A program made the translations under genes and the position numbers. Below are positions 46,975-56,444 of a stretch of DNA of 64,000 nucleotides, piece by piece (within the stretch, counting starts at the first letter, position 1; each line of letters opens with the position of its first letter). Source of the DNA: Bacteroidia bacterium (GTDB taxonomy: Bacteria; Bacteroidota; Bacteroidia; Chitinophagales; Saprospiraceae); assembly GCA_030430845.1 (NCBI GenBank), contig JAUIKE010000001.1, positions 3,545-67,544 on the forward strand, given 5' to 3'. The notes below the pieces were generated by a model that saw only the letters and a program-made list of their open reading frames with translations, made no database searches and was not told the DNA's origin.

Positions 46975-48429
46975 ATGAATAAAAAGATACCCACCACCCA
47001 GCTCGCCCCCAAGCTAAAAATCTCCAAAATCCTCACCGGCCTTTGGCAGATCGCGGATATGGAGCGCGACGGGAAAAGCATTGACCTACAGGCCGCTGCC
47101 AGGGACATGCAGCCCTATGTCGATGCCGGCCTGACCACCTTTGACATGGCCGACCATTACGGCTCCGCTGAACTTATCGCGGGGATATTTAGAAAATCCG
47201 CGGGAGAAGATCAGGTGCAGTTGTTGACCAAGTGGGTGCCCACCCCCGGGAAAGGGACCAAAGAAGAGGTTCGAACAGCCATCCAACGATCACTCGACCG
47301 ACTGCAGATGGAGCAGCTGGACCTCTTGCAATACCACGCCTGGAACTATGCCGACCCGGCCTGGCTGGACGATCTGTTCTGGCTGCAGGAGCTACAGGAA
47401 GAAGGCCTCATCAAACAGCTGGGCGTCACCAACTTTGATACAGCTCATCTAAACATGGCCGTCCAAAGCGGCATCCGGATCGTTTCGAATCAGGTCTGCT
47501 ATTCGCTGCTGGATCAGCGGGCTGCTGGGCCTATGACCGAGCTCTGCCTGAAGGAAAACATCAAGATCCTGGCTTTCGGTACCCTGGCCGGAGGTTTCCT
47601 CAGCGACAAATGGCTGGGGCAAAAAGATCGGCCGGTGGATCAGCTCGATACCTGGTCGCAAATGAAATACAAACGTTTCATCGATGTGGCCGGTGGCTGG
47701 GACCCCTACCAGCAACTACTAAAAACGCTGGATCGGATCGCGAAAGAGCATCAGCTTTCCATTTCGAACATCGCCACCAAATACATGCTGGAACAAGCCG
47801 CCGTGGGAGGCATTATCATCGGGGCCCGGCTCGGGAAAAGTCGCCATATTGAAGACAACCGACGACTGTTCGATTTCGACCTAAGCGAGGAGCATAGCCA
47901 GGAAATTCAAAAAGCCCTATCCCAGTTTTTACCGATACCCGGCGATTGCGGCGATGAATACCGCAAACCGCCCTTCTTAACAGCCTCGGGCGACCTTAGC
48001 CATCACTTGGAAACGATGCCGCCCCCCTACCCTACGGAGAAAGTGTCGGATGACCGCCACAAGGCCCTGAGCGGCACGATCTGGGAAGACCTGGCCGGAT
48101 TCAGTCGGGCTGTCCGTAAAGACAATCGTATTTTGGTCTCCGGCACAACCGCTACTCACCGAGAAAAAGTTATCGGAGGAAAAGATCCTGCTGCCCAAGC
48201 ACATTTTATTATTGATAAAATTGAGGGAGCCATTCAATCTTTGGGAGGAAAAATAGAAGATGTGGTGCGTACGCGGATCTACATTCAGAACATGAACGAC
48301 TGGGAGCCCATCTCCCGGGCACATGGGCAACGCTTCGGGCATATTCAGCCGGCTAACACGCTGATTCGTGCAGATCTTGTTGGGGAAGGGTATTTAGTGG
48401 AGATGGAAGCGGAGGCGGTGGTATCCTAG
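46975..48429 (+). CDS. fusion protein: aldo/keto reductase domain plus C-terminal RidA/YjgF/L-PSP domain
   Basis: N-terminal ~330 aa match the AKR pattern (FDMADHYG, LDLLQYHAW, GVTNFD, ISNIATKYML). The C-terminal ~125 aa match the RidA pattern (RILVSGTTA..., AQAHFIIDKIEGAIQSLGG, VVRTRIYI, LVEMEAEAVV). Confidence 0.8.
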   Translation: MNKKIPTTQLAPKLKISKILTGLWQIADMERDGKSIDLQAAARDMQPYVDAGLTTFDMADHYGSAELIAGIFRKSAGEDQVQLLTKWVPTPGKGTKEEVRTAIQRSLDRLQMEQLDLLQYHAWNYADPAWLDDLFWLQELQEEGLIKQLGVTNFDTAHLNMAVQSGIRIVSNQVCYSLLDQRAAGPMTELCLKENIKILAFGTLAGGFLSDKWLGQKDRPVDQLDTWSQMKYKRFIDVAGGWDPYQQLLKTLDRIAKEHQLSISNIATKYMLEQAAVGGIIIGARLGKSRHIEDNRRLFDFDLSEEHSQEIQKALSQFLPIPGDCGDEYRKPPFLTASGDLSHHLETMPPPYPTEKVSDDRHKALSGTIWEDLAGFSRAVRKDNRILVSGTTATHREKVIGGKDPAAQAHFIIDKIEGAIQSLGGKIEDVVRTRIYIQNMNDWEPISRAHGQRFGHIQPANTLIRADLVGEGYLVEMEAEAVVS

Positions 48430-48563
48430 GAGCGCAATTACTCTCTTGTTCACCTATTGTTCACCTCTTTTCTTGCCAAGTCCAGGATTGGTATACGCCT
48501 TGTATACGCCTAAAACTTGAAGTCGGGGGTGGTTTGCAGATAACTTTGTAGAAAAAATCAATT

Positions 48564-49451
48564 ATGATCAATCTACATCAATTTATCAAAACCCACCCAC
48601 ACTTCAGAAAAGTAAAAATTAAGGAGATGCTTTGTGTGGAATATCAATGCCCTGCACAAAGTAAGTATATCAATTTTTGGATGGATACCGGCTGCCTGAT
48701 CTATTGTTTGACCGGAAAAAAGATATACAGCTCTCATGGAGAAAACTTTGAAATTACTCCCGGCAGCATCCTGTATATGAAAAAAGGGGCCTACACCAGT
48801 CATAATTTTACCGACGAAAGATACTGTGCCCTCATGTTCTTTATACCCGATAGTTTTTTCCAGGACTTTCTCCAAAGGTATCATAACATTAAGTTTTTGC
48901 CGGGCCCGGCTGCTGAAAAAAGGCAGGAGAACATTATCCCCCTTCGGGCTGAACCAAGTCTGGAAGGTTTCTTTTATTCCATACTCAACTTTTTTTTCAA
49001 TGTACCCGATGTCAATCAGCAATTATTGGAGTTAAAACTGGATGAACTGGCACTCACCTTGTTCACCCAACCGCAGTATAAGGAATTTGCCGGCTATTTA
49101 TATTCCTTGAAAGAAGACAGGCAATTTCAGTTTAAGTATATTATTGAAGAAAACTATGCCAGTAATCTCAAGCTAGAAGAGTTTGCCCAATTATGCAACA
49201 TGAGCTTATCCACCTTCAAAAGATATTTCGTAAAAGTTTATGGTGAAACACCGGGTAAGTGGCTTTTGAGAAAACGATTAAAATTAGCCGAAACGCTGAT
49301 CCTGCATTCAGATAAATCCGTTAATGAAATCAGCTTCCAATGTGGCTTTGAAAGTCCCTCCCATTTTATCCGGGTATTTAAAAAAGAATTTAAGAATACA
49401 CCTATACAGTATCGGGAGAAAACCGAAATGTTAATAGAATTAGAGGTTTAA
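48564..49451 (+). CDS. AraC-family transcriptional regulator
   Basis: C-terminal double HTH (LEEFAQLCNMSLSTFKRYFVKVYGETPGKWL ... VNEISFQCGFESPSHFIRVFKKEFKNTP) and an N-terminal cupin-like sensor domain. Confidence 0.9.
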   Translation: MINLHQFIKTHPHFRKVKIKEMLCVEYQCPAQSKYINFWMDTGCLIYCLTGKKIYSSHGENFEITPGSILYMKKGAYTSHNFTDERYCALMFFIPDSFFQDFLQRYHNIKFLPGPAAEKRQENIIPLRAEPSLEGFFYSILNFFFNVPDVNQQLLELKLDELALTLFTQPQYKEFAGYLYSLKEDRQFQFKYIIEENYASNLKLEEFAQLCNMSLSTFKRYFVKVYGETPGKWLLRKRLKLAETLILHSDKSVNEISFQCGFESPSHFIRVFKKEFKNTPIQYREKTEMLIELEV

Positions 49452-49482
49452 GTGCGGCTATGGTCGCACTTAAACCTCTAAT
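49439..49482 (+). terminator. hairpin overlapping the AraC gene stop
   Basis: 17-bp perfect stem ttagaggtttaagtgcg / cgcacttaaacctctaa with an 8-nt loop, followed by ttctttc. Confidence 0.6.
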
Positions 49483-49604
49483 TCTTTCATAATACTTTTT
49501 TTGAACTCATCAGACTATTCCTTGAACTTTTCAGGATATACCCTGCCTTTCCAATTCCTGCACCTTTGCATTGAAAACAAATAATGAACTAAAAATCAAA
49601 AACA

Positions 49605-50690
49605 ATGTGTAAATCATGTATTCCCCGTATCCCGACTGATATGGGCAAAGCAGAAGCCTTTGCCGGTCAGATGATACAAACCATCAATGCAGGGGCTTTG
49701 AGCGCTATGATCTCCATTGGCCATAGATGCCGATTGTTTGATGTTATGGCGGCCATGGAGGCGGCCGACTCCAAGACCATTGCAGAAAATGCAGGCTTGA
49801 ATGAACGCTACGTTCGCGAATGGCTAGGGGCCATGGTGAGTGGAAGGATCATCAACTACGAGCCTAAAAACCAAACCTACGAGCTCCCGGCGGAGCATGC
49901 CCTATTTTTAACCCGCCAGGCCAAAGAAAAAAATATGGCGGCCATTACCTCCATGTTGCCGGTTTGGTCTAAGGTAGAGGATCAGATCGTTGAGTGTTTT
50001 GAAAAAGGCGGAGGGGTACCCTACGAGCAATATGGTCGCTTCCACGAAGTCATGGGTGAAATAAGCCAGGCCAGTGTAGGTGAGAACCTGACCGAACTGG
50101 TCCTTCCCAATTTTCCGGAACTCGAAGCGCGCTTAAAAGAAGGTATTCAGGTATTGGATATTGGCTGCGGAGATGGGCAGATACTCCTGACTCTGGCCCA
50201 GGCATTCCCCAACAGCCGCTTCCTGGGGATCGACCTATGCGAAGAGCCCATAGCCGGCGCACAGGCTCGTGCTGCTGAACTAGGATTGAAAAACTTGTGG
50301 TATGAAGCCAGAGACTTGCTCGACTTCAAGACCATTCAAAACTTTGATCTGATCACAGCCTTTGACGTCATTCACGATCTGGCATTCCCCGACAAAGTCC
50401 TATCACTGGTACATAGTTGGTTAAAAGAAGATGGGCTTTTCCTAATGATGGACATCCATGCTTCCAGTTACTTAGAGAAAAACCTGGACAACCCATTTGC
50501 TCCCTTCCTGTACACAGCTTCTACGCTTCACTGTATGACGGTTTCCCTGTCGCAGGGAGGAATGGGCCTGGGCACTGTTTGGGGAGAGGAAAAAGCGAGT
50601 GAAATGCTTTTGGAGGCTGGTTTTGGAAACATCCGGATCGAACGCTTTGAGCATGACCTGCTTGATAGTTATTACTTCTGTAAAAAATGA
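49605..50690 (+). CDS. class I SAM-dependent methyltransferase with N-terminal helical/winged-helix-like domain
   Basis: Motif I VLDIGCGDGQ with downstream acidic-loop and motif II/III spacing (LITAFDVIHDL, LKEDGLFLMMD). The start is uncertain; the alternative is Met13 at 49641. Confidence 0.8.
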   Translation: MCKSCIPRIPTDMGKAEAFAGQMIQTINAGALSAMISIGHRCRLFDVMAAMEAADSKTIAENAGLNERYVREWLGAMVSGRIINYEPKNQTYELPAEHALFLTRQAKEKNMAAITSMLPVWSKVEDQIVECFEKGGGVPYEQYGRFHEVMGEISQASVGENLTELVLPNFPELEARLKEGIQVLDIGCGDGQILLTLAQAFPNSRFLGIDLCEEPIAGAQARAAELGLKNLWYEARDLLDFKTIQNFDLITAFDVIHDLAFPDKVLSLVHSWLKEDGLFLMMDIHASSYLEKNLDNPFAPFLYTASTLHCMTVSLSQGGMGLGTVWGEEKASEMLLEAGFGNIRIERFEHDLLDSYYFCKK

Positions 50691-50750
50691 TATACAGTAA
50701 GGCTACGGGATTGTAACAAATAATCGTTAACCTCTTTAATTTTTAAAAAA

Positions 50751-51302
50751 ATGAAAACTTCAAAATCAATTTTAATTCTTCTGGCTATCCTCTCCTTCGG
50801 CTTTTTTGCCTGTGAGGATGACAATGAACCAAGCACTGAAATACCCGAAACAATGACGCTTCACGCGATAGGCGTCGCCACTGCACAGCCGGGTAAAACC
50901 TTCATCCCGGGAATTGACCTGGAGGTTGAAGGCAATACCTTTATCATGGACTTCTTTGATAAAAACACCGGAAAAAAAATCGGAACCGCTACTGACATTA
51001 ATGTAGCCGCGGAAACCTTCGATGACGGAAGCATGAAGGGAGAGAACTACACCATTTTCACCTTTGACGAGGACCACAGTACCCTGATCCTGCACAACTT
51101 CATCGATATGACTCCTATTGATCCAACGACTCTAAAAGCTATTATTCCCGAGGAGCATACCAGCTATAATTTGATTGGCGGTACTGGCAGGTTCGCGGGT
51201 ATTAGTGGTGGGTCGACGCTGGATGCGTTGCTGGATATGACGGACTTTGCGGTTGGGACTGTAGGATTTGATTGTACGTATGGCATTAAAACAGGTAACT
51301 GA
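50751..51302 (+). CDS. small lipoprotein, unknown function (GGTGRFAG motif reminiscent of dirigent/AOC-barrel-like proteins)
   Basis: Lipobox LSFGFFACEDD. The only support for the fold guess is the beta-rich sequence and the LIGGTGRFAGISGG motif. Confidence 0.6.
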   Translation: MKTSKSILILLAILSFGFFACEDDNEPSTEIPETMTLHAIGVATAQPGKTFIPGIDLEVEGNTFIMDFFDKNTGKKIGTATDINVAAETFDDGSMKGENYTIFTFDEDHSTLILHNFIDMTPIDPTTLKAIIPEEHTSYNLIGGTGRFAGISGGSTLDALLDMTDFAVGTVGFDCTYGIKTGN

Positions 51303-51445
51303 TAGAAGTATCCGGATCTCCCTTAAAAGAATGAGTGGATGATCAATTGATTTTTTTGATGCGGCCGGCCTGGAATGGAAAGCTCCCAGAGGTATACTAA
51401 CTCATGGCGCTTCTGTTCCCAGGCCGATGCTTTGTGTTGGAGATT

Positions 51446-52174
51446 TCAATTAGCCTCTGGTATCCCTAAATCATTCATCAGCACTTCCTTAATGATGGTG
51501 GTCCACACTGCATATCCGCGCTTGTTTAAATGAACGCCGTCTAAAAAAAGCAGCTCTTCTTTCAGACTTTGATCTTCATTCAAAAAGAATTCAGTAGTGG
51601 AGATATAGTGCAGGTAAGGATCTTCAGAAGTCATTTCTTTGATTAACCAGTTTGCTTGCTGTGCTTTAGGCCAGATTTCCCATCTTTTGCTGGTTGGAGT
51701 GATCGGTATGTAATACACTGGCGTCTGGGGTAATTCTGTCCTGATTTTATCCATAAGCGTCCGAAAATCAGTTGCTATTTCTTGTGGGCTTTTATCATTT
51801 GATCTTCCTGAAATATCATTGGTCCCGGCAAAAATCACGATTGCTTTAGGGTCATAAGGAAGGATGATCCGGTCGGCATAATGAATCACATCTCTTAATT
51901 TAGCACCTCCAAACCCACGCCGAATCACCTCAATCGGGGCCATATCTTTTTTCAGCGATTTCCAAAATCGGATGCTTGAGCTGCCTACAAATAATACCGC
52001 TTTTTCCGATGGAGGCTGCTTAGCATCTACTTTTTCAAACCTTCGAATTGCCGACTCCCATACCTGGGGGTCGTCGCTTTCCAGTTTTTTGTACTCCTTT
52101 TGAACGTAATAATATCCAAGTGCTGCTGCCAGTATTATTAGGCCGAGGATAATCAAAATTATCCGAATGATCAT
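51446..52174 (-). CDS. SGNH/GDSL-family hydrolase (esterase), membrane-anchored or secreted
   Basis: N-terminal TM segment. The four SGNH blocks are present: FVGSSSI (block I Ser), FGGAKL (Gly), FAGTNDI (Asn) and DGVHLN (Asp-x-x-His). Confidence 0.82.
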   Translation of the reverse strand: MIIRIILIILGLIILAAALGYYYVQKEYKKLESDDPQVWESAIRRFEKVDAKQPPSEKAVLFVGSSSIRFWKSLKKDMAPIEVIRRGFGGAKLRDVIHYADRIILPYDPKAIVIFAGTNDISGRSNDKSPQEIATDFRTLMDKIRTELPQTPVYYIPITPTSKRWEIWPKAQQANWLIKEMTSEDPYLHYISTTEFFLNEDQSLKEELLFLDGVHLNKRGYAVWTTIIKEVLMNDLGIPEAN

Positions 52175-52231
52175 TTTTAATTTTTTAATTATTACAAAAA
52201 ACAGGCTACGGACCTGCGTCAGCTTTTCAAC

Positions 52232-52648
52232 TTATGACCAGGCTATTAAATCTGGCGCTAAATATTCTTTCCTGGCTAATTCGTCCTGAAAAATATTCCA
52301 ACTATAATGAGAAAAAATCAGGTCTTTAAAGTTAGTTTTTAAACGCGGACAGTTTTCTATTAAGTCTGCAAAGCTTTTAGGTTTCCTTTTTTGCATAAAA
52401 TGATGAACAGCCCTTACGGCCGCATGTGTGATGGTGACATTAAATTTTGTTCCATCGCCGAATTTCTGATCAAAGGCAGCAATTTGCCGGCAAATATTTT
52501 CAATCGCCTTTTCCACTCCATACTCCTTAATGTGAATATAAGCCAATCTAAGGTGAGCTTCGTGATTGAATAATTCGGGGGCCAGGCCGGCCTGTTCAAA
52601 GTGTTGTTTAAATTCAGCATCACTGAATTTCTTGTGATCATCTGCCAT
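52232..52648 (-). CDS. hypothetical protein (138 aa)
   Basis: An uninterrupted ORF with coding-like composition. I recognise no motif. Confidence 0.55.
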   Translation of the reverse strand: MADDHKKFSDAEFKQHFEQAGLAPELFNHEAHLRLAYIHIKEYGVEKAIENICRQIAAFDQKFGDGTKFNVTITHAAVRAVHHFMQKRKPKSFADLIENCPRLKTNFKDLIFSHYSWNIFQDELARKEYLAPDLIAWS

Positions 52649-52688
52649 TTCATTTTTTTTTATACGGCAAAGATAGGGGCAAAAGTTC

Positions 52689-53783
52689 TTAGGTCAAAAC
52701 TCGCTCGAGCAGCACTTCCGCCGTTTTCTCCAAAATAATCCGACAGGCATCGCCGGCGCCATAGGGTCGCCTCTCATAATTAGCTGCGGCTTGTTGCCAA
52801 ACTGCATCTACTATTTCCCGGCTTGTCCTGTTTTTCACCAAAATATTTGCTCCGGCTTCCACCGTCTCCACCCACTCCGTTTCCGGCCGTAAAGTAATGC
52901 AGGGAGTTTTCACAAAAAACGCTTCTTTTTGCACGCCACCGGAATCGGTTATCACCCGAAGGGCATGTTTTTGCAGAGTGATAAAATCGAGGTATCCTAA
53001 GGGTTTAGACAAGTGGACATTGAAAGGAATAGAGATGTCAAACTGTTGGAGGTTTTTACTAAGCCTTGGATGGGCCGCCAGTATGATCGGTTTTTCTAAT
53101 TGGGCAAAGCCTTCGAATATTTCCCTTAACACTTTGGGATCATCTACATTATAAGGACGATGAAGCGTACCCAAATAAAAGGACTTGGACTGCAGCTTTA
53201 ATTCTTCCATGATCCTTGAATTACGGGCAGCGATTTCCTGTCCGATCAACATCATGTCATACATCACATCGCCACTAAAATAAGCCCGTTCGGCTAAGCC
53301 CTCTTCTTCCAGGTTACGCATGGCCAGCTGAGTGGGTGCGAACAGTACATCCGATACATGGTCCGTTACAATCCGGTTGATTTCCTCCGGCATGGATCGG
53401 TTAAAACTTCTCAGCCCGGACTCGATGTGAACCACCGGCAAATGTAGTTTGGAGGCCACCAGCGCACCGGCCATCGTAGAATTGACATCACCGATTACGA
53501 CCATAGCCGAAAAAGCATGTTCCCCACAAAGGTCTTCCATTTTTTCCATCATCCGTCCTGTTTGTGCTCCATGTCCGCCGGAGCCCACATTCAGGTAAAA
53601 ATCAGGAGCGGGAATATCCAGTTCCTGAAAAAAAATGTCAGACATCAATTCGTCATAATGTTGTCCGGTATGCACAATTTTATAGCCTATTTCAGGGTAC
53701 TTTTTGAGAGCCAGGCAAATAGGAGCAATTTTCACAAAATTGGGACGTGTGCCTACTACAAATAAAAGGTCTTTGGTTTTCAT
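52689..53783 (-). CDS. wecB: UDP-N-acetylglucosamine 2-epimerase (non-hydrolysing)
   Basis: The sequence from Met31 (MKTKDLLFVVGTRPNFVKIAP) is the classical epimerase N-terminus. Also present: HTGQHYD, GDVNSTMAGAL, HIESGLRS, EEINR, and TDSGGVQKEA near the C-terminus. The listed longer start would translate the heptamer repeat. Confidence 0.9.
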   Translation of the reverse strand: MKTKDLLFVVGTRPNFVKIAPICLALKKYPEIGYKIVHTGQHYDELMSDIFFQELDIPAPDFYLNVGSGGHGAQTGRMMEKMEDLCGEHAFSAMVVIGDVNSTMAGALVASKLHLPVVHIESGLRSFNRSMPEEINRIVTDHVSDVLFAPTQLAMRNLEEEGLAERAYFSGDVMYDMMLIGQEIAARNSRIMEELKLQSKSFYLGTLHRPYNVDDPKVLREIFEGFAQLEKPIILAAHPRLSKNLQQFDISIPFNVHLSKPLGYLDFITLQKHALRVITDSGGVQKEAFFVKTPCITLRPETEWVETVEAGANILVKNRTSREIVDAVWQQAAANYERRPYGAGDACRIILEKTAEVLLERVLT

Positions 53784-53798
53784 TAAAAAATGGAGGAT

Positions 53799-53877
53799 TA
53801 CGTTGTTCGTTGTTCGTTGTTCGTTGTTCGTTGTTCGTTGTTCACGATTAAACGGGCAACTAGCAACGAACAACGAA
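53799..53877. repeat. six perfect CGTTGTT heptamers plus a partial inverted arm (copy 2 of the dispersed hairpin element)
   Basis: The unit cgttgtt occurs six times at 53801-53842, followed by cacgattaaacgg and the complementary gcaactagcaacgaacaacgaa. Read in the direction of wecB, it shares the core gttgct.gttg..cgtttaat...aacgaacaac with the copy at 23786-23906. Confidence 0.85.
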
Positions 53878-53931
53878 TTGAATAGTCACTTTTTCTAAAT
53901 CCCCTATTAAAAAGATAAGGGGCGACTCATG

Positions 53932-54897
53932 TTAAGCTGTAGCGATGTCTCTAACAGGCAGATGCTGCTTATTAATCTGTGCTACATGTTGACTCATATT
54001 CACCAATTCGAAGTGTTTCCCCAGTTTTTTCATCACTCTCATAAAGATCTCAATCTTGCGCTCACTGCTGATGTTCATCCCGGGGAAAAACTTCAGTTCG
54101 GGCACCTGATCACCACCAATGAGATCGAGTGGATGCAATAAATAACTGGGAGCGGTGCCCGTTAGTTTACACATCCGAATAGCGATATTGAGGTACAAAT
54201 CCATCAAAGCCAACGAATAGCCACTCAGGAAAAGCAAGTAGCTAAAATGGAAAGGTGTTTTGACAACAGGAATCGTCGTCACCGGCAGTTCCAGCAAACT
54301 TTCATCATTTTCTAATTTCCAGTAATACGGCTTAACAGGTCGAAGCCCGTCCTTGAAGGACCCAAAAAGGCCTTTGCGCTCTTCTTTCTCTTCTTTGGTC
54401 AGCTTAGCGGTCCAGAAATAGTACATACGGGCAATGGGGCCAAGATAAGTAGGCAAGGTGGACGCATCGTATTGATAACCTCTTTCCTTTAAGACTTCCA
54501 GTAAAGTAGGACTCCAACTAAAACCCGGTCCTCTGAAACCGGTAGTGCGCTGCCCGGTGACCCGCTCGATCGCCTTTTCTGTGGTAGCCAGCTCTTCGAT
54601 CAATTCCTCACGAGTATAATTCTGCAACCAGGACTCATGGTTGAATGAGTGGTTCCCGATTTCGTGGCCCCTGCGGACGATTTCCTGTAAATACTCCCTG
54701 TTCTCCTCCATCGTCGCATCTTTGCCCACCACAAAAAAAGTAATTTTCAGATCCAGTTCATCCAAAGCTTTCAGAACATGCGGCACAAAAACATCGAGAT
54801 AAGACGGATACTCATCCCAGCCTTCGTCACCGTGGATCTTCATGTAAGTCCACTGATTGTCGAGGTCCAGTGAAACGCTTGCTAACTTTTTACTCAT
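53932..54897 (-). CDS. polysaccharide deacetylase (NodB-homology) family protein
   Basis: SLDLDN..., ITFFVVGKDA and GHEIGNHSFNHE motifs. The start is taken at Met14 (MSKKLASV), which overlaps the upstream gene stop by 8 nt. Confidence 0.82.
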   Translation of the reverse strand: MSKKLASVSLDLDNQWTYMKIHGDEGWDEYPSYLDVFVPHVLKALDELDLKITFFVVGKDATMEENREYLQEIVRRGHEIGNHSFNHESWLQNYTREELIEELATTEKAIERVTGQRTTGFRGPGFSWSPTLLEVLKERGYQYDASTLPTYLGPIARMYYFWTAKLTKEEKEERKGLFGSFKDGLRPVKPYYWKLENDESLLELPVTTIPVVKTPFHFSYLLFLSGYSLALMDLYLNIAIRMCKLTGTAPSYLLHPLDLIGGDQVPELKFFPGMNISSERKIEIFMRVMKKLGKHFELVNMSQHVAQINKQHLPVRDIATA

Positions 54898-56239
54898 AAG
54901 ATTGAATGTTTTGGGGCCTTTTACGGGCGGATTCAAGGATAGCAGGGAGTTTTTTGTCGACCAGATGAAGGGTCTCGTTCACATTTAAAGTGCCGTTGAC
55001 AATATGAGCCGAGTTCAAAATGTGCACACCGGGCAGAGAGGTACTGATGTCCGGCAGCTTTTCGGAATAACCGATGGTAGAGAGTGCAAACACATGGGGT
55101 GCTCTGGCTACTTTAAAGCTGACCAGATCCTCTTCGGAGAGGTGGTTATACATGTTTTTCAAAGTATTCCAGAAAAGATCTTTGATCTCTTCATCACTCA
55201 TTTTGAATATGGAGTCCGTTTTTTTGACATACTTAGGCAGGTACACCAGCGTATGTCCGCCGAAATGTTCCGGATCGACCATGGTGGTCATTTCAATAAT
55301 ACCCGTGAAAGGCGTTTTATCGGTTACATTCGTTACATAATAAGGGGAAATACTTTTTTTCAGTAAAACCGAGGCACAGATCACCCCGAGGTACTCGATG
55401 TTTTGGAGTTTTTCTGTTTCTTCTTGTTGCAGTCCTTCACACAAATGCCCAGCCACCATCGAAGGAACGCTCAGTATGACTTCATCAAATGCCAGCGTAT
55501 TTCCTGCCTGATCTTGTACCAGTACTCCGCCGTCTTCCCCGGCCTGAATACTGCCGGCTCGGAAGTTGGTTTTTATATCTACGCCCTGTTGCTCCAGATG
55601 CTTTGTGAAAGCGTCCAGGATACGGGCATAACCTCCATCGACATAGCCGAACATTTCCTTTTTCAGGCCGGTTTTACGGGCGGCATACATACGCTGGATG
55701 GTCGACCAAATGAAGGAAGCAGAAGTGTGTTGATAGTTCTCTCCCAGTTTGGCCCGCAGTAAAGGCAGCCAGATCTTTTCGAAGGTATTTTTGCCGGACC
55801 ATTTCCTAAGCCAGTCGGCTACGTGTATCTGTTCCAGGCGTTTCCAGTTTTTCACCTTAGATGCATAAAAAATGGTCAGTCCCAGGCGAAATTTATCGGT
55901 GAGGGAAAGCGGCGGAAACTTAAGAAATTCGATGGAGTTGGACATTGAATAGAGTTTCCCGTCGGTATAAAACCCGGTTTTGGTCTCTACCCATTTCATT
56001 TCATCCTTCAGTTTGAGTTCATCCAGTAAGTCCCCAAGGACCGTATCCGAAAGAAGGATAACGTGATAATATTTGTCCCATACGGCTGGTCCGAGCTTCC
56101 AGGCGCTGGTCAGCCCACCTAATTGTGGAGCGGCTTCCAGCAGGGTCACCTCCTGTCCCTGCTGAACCAGCTTGTTTGCGATTTGCATGCCGAGCATGCC
56201 TCCCCCGACGATCCCCCAATGTTTTTTAGGTGTGTTCAT
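54890..56239 (-). CDS. NAD(P)/FAD-dependent oxidoreductase (amine-oxidase / phytoene-desaturase-like)
   Basis: N-terminal dinucleotide fold WGIVGGGMLGMQIANKLVQQGQEVTLLEA. Length and C-terminal pattern are typical of the flavin amine-oxidase superfamily. Confidence 0.8.
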   Translation of the reverse strand: MNTPKKHWGIVGGGMLGMQIANKLVQQGQEVTLLEAAPQLGGLTSAWKLGPAVWDKYYHVILLSDTVLGDLLDELKLKDEMKWVETKTGFYTDGKLYSMSNSIEFLKFPPLSLTDKFRLGLTIFYASKVKNWKRLEQIHVADWLRKWSGKNTFEKIWLPLLRAKLGENYQHTSASFIWSTIQRMYAARKTGLKKEMFGYVDGGYARILDAFTKHLEQQGVDIKTNFRAGSIQAGEDGGVLVQDQAGNTLAFDEVILSVPSMVAGHLCEGLQQEETEKLQNIEYLGVICASVLLKKSISPYYVTNVTDKTPFTGIIEMTTMVDPEHFGGHTLVYLPKYVKKTDSIFKMSDEEIKDLFWNTLKNMYNHLSEEDLVSFKVARAPHVFALSTIGYSEKLPDISTSLPGVHILNSAHIVNGTLNVNETLHLVDKKLPAILESARKRPQNIQSYE

Positions 56240-56276
56240 GTAGCATTATAAGTTTAATAGTTAGTATCCTAAAATC

Positions 56277-56440
56277 AATTAAGAATAACGTCCATGGAAG
56301 GTCGCCTGATTGGCGTTCATTTTTTAACCGCCGAATTTAAGCAAGCTAAAGCTCGCTTTCCTGGCAAGCTGAAGCTTGCTGTCCTATTAGGCAGTTAATT
56401 TTAACTTCACTTAGGCGACCTTCCATGGACATTATTAATT
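56277..56440. repeat. ~160-bp element bounded by 24-30 bp inverted repeats, inside the glycan locus
   Basis: Perfect 18-bp core gtccatggaaggtcgcct (56290-56307) / aggcgaccttccatggac (56413-56430), extended to aattaagaataac / attattaatt. The interior is partly self-complementary (gcaagctaaagctcgc, gcaagctgaagcttgc). Confidence 0.8.
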
Positions 56441-56444
56441 ATAT

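Noticed and set aside
53784-53873. N-terminal extension of WecB (MFVASCPFNREQRTTNNEQRTTNN...).
   Set aside because: It has the same artefact as the PIG-L extension, being a translation of the heptamer hairpin repeat. The canonical epimerase N-terminus MKTKDLLFVVGTRPNFVK starts at 53783.
56277-56440. Bacteroides-style invertible promoter (inverted-repeat-flanked switch) in the glycan locus.
   Set aside because: I have not fully excluded this, only downgraded it. The interior is itself largely self-complementary, so it is hairpin/MITE-like. No promoter motif could be called and no recombinase gene is in the window. It is kept as a finding with explicit tests.
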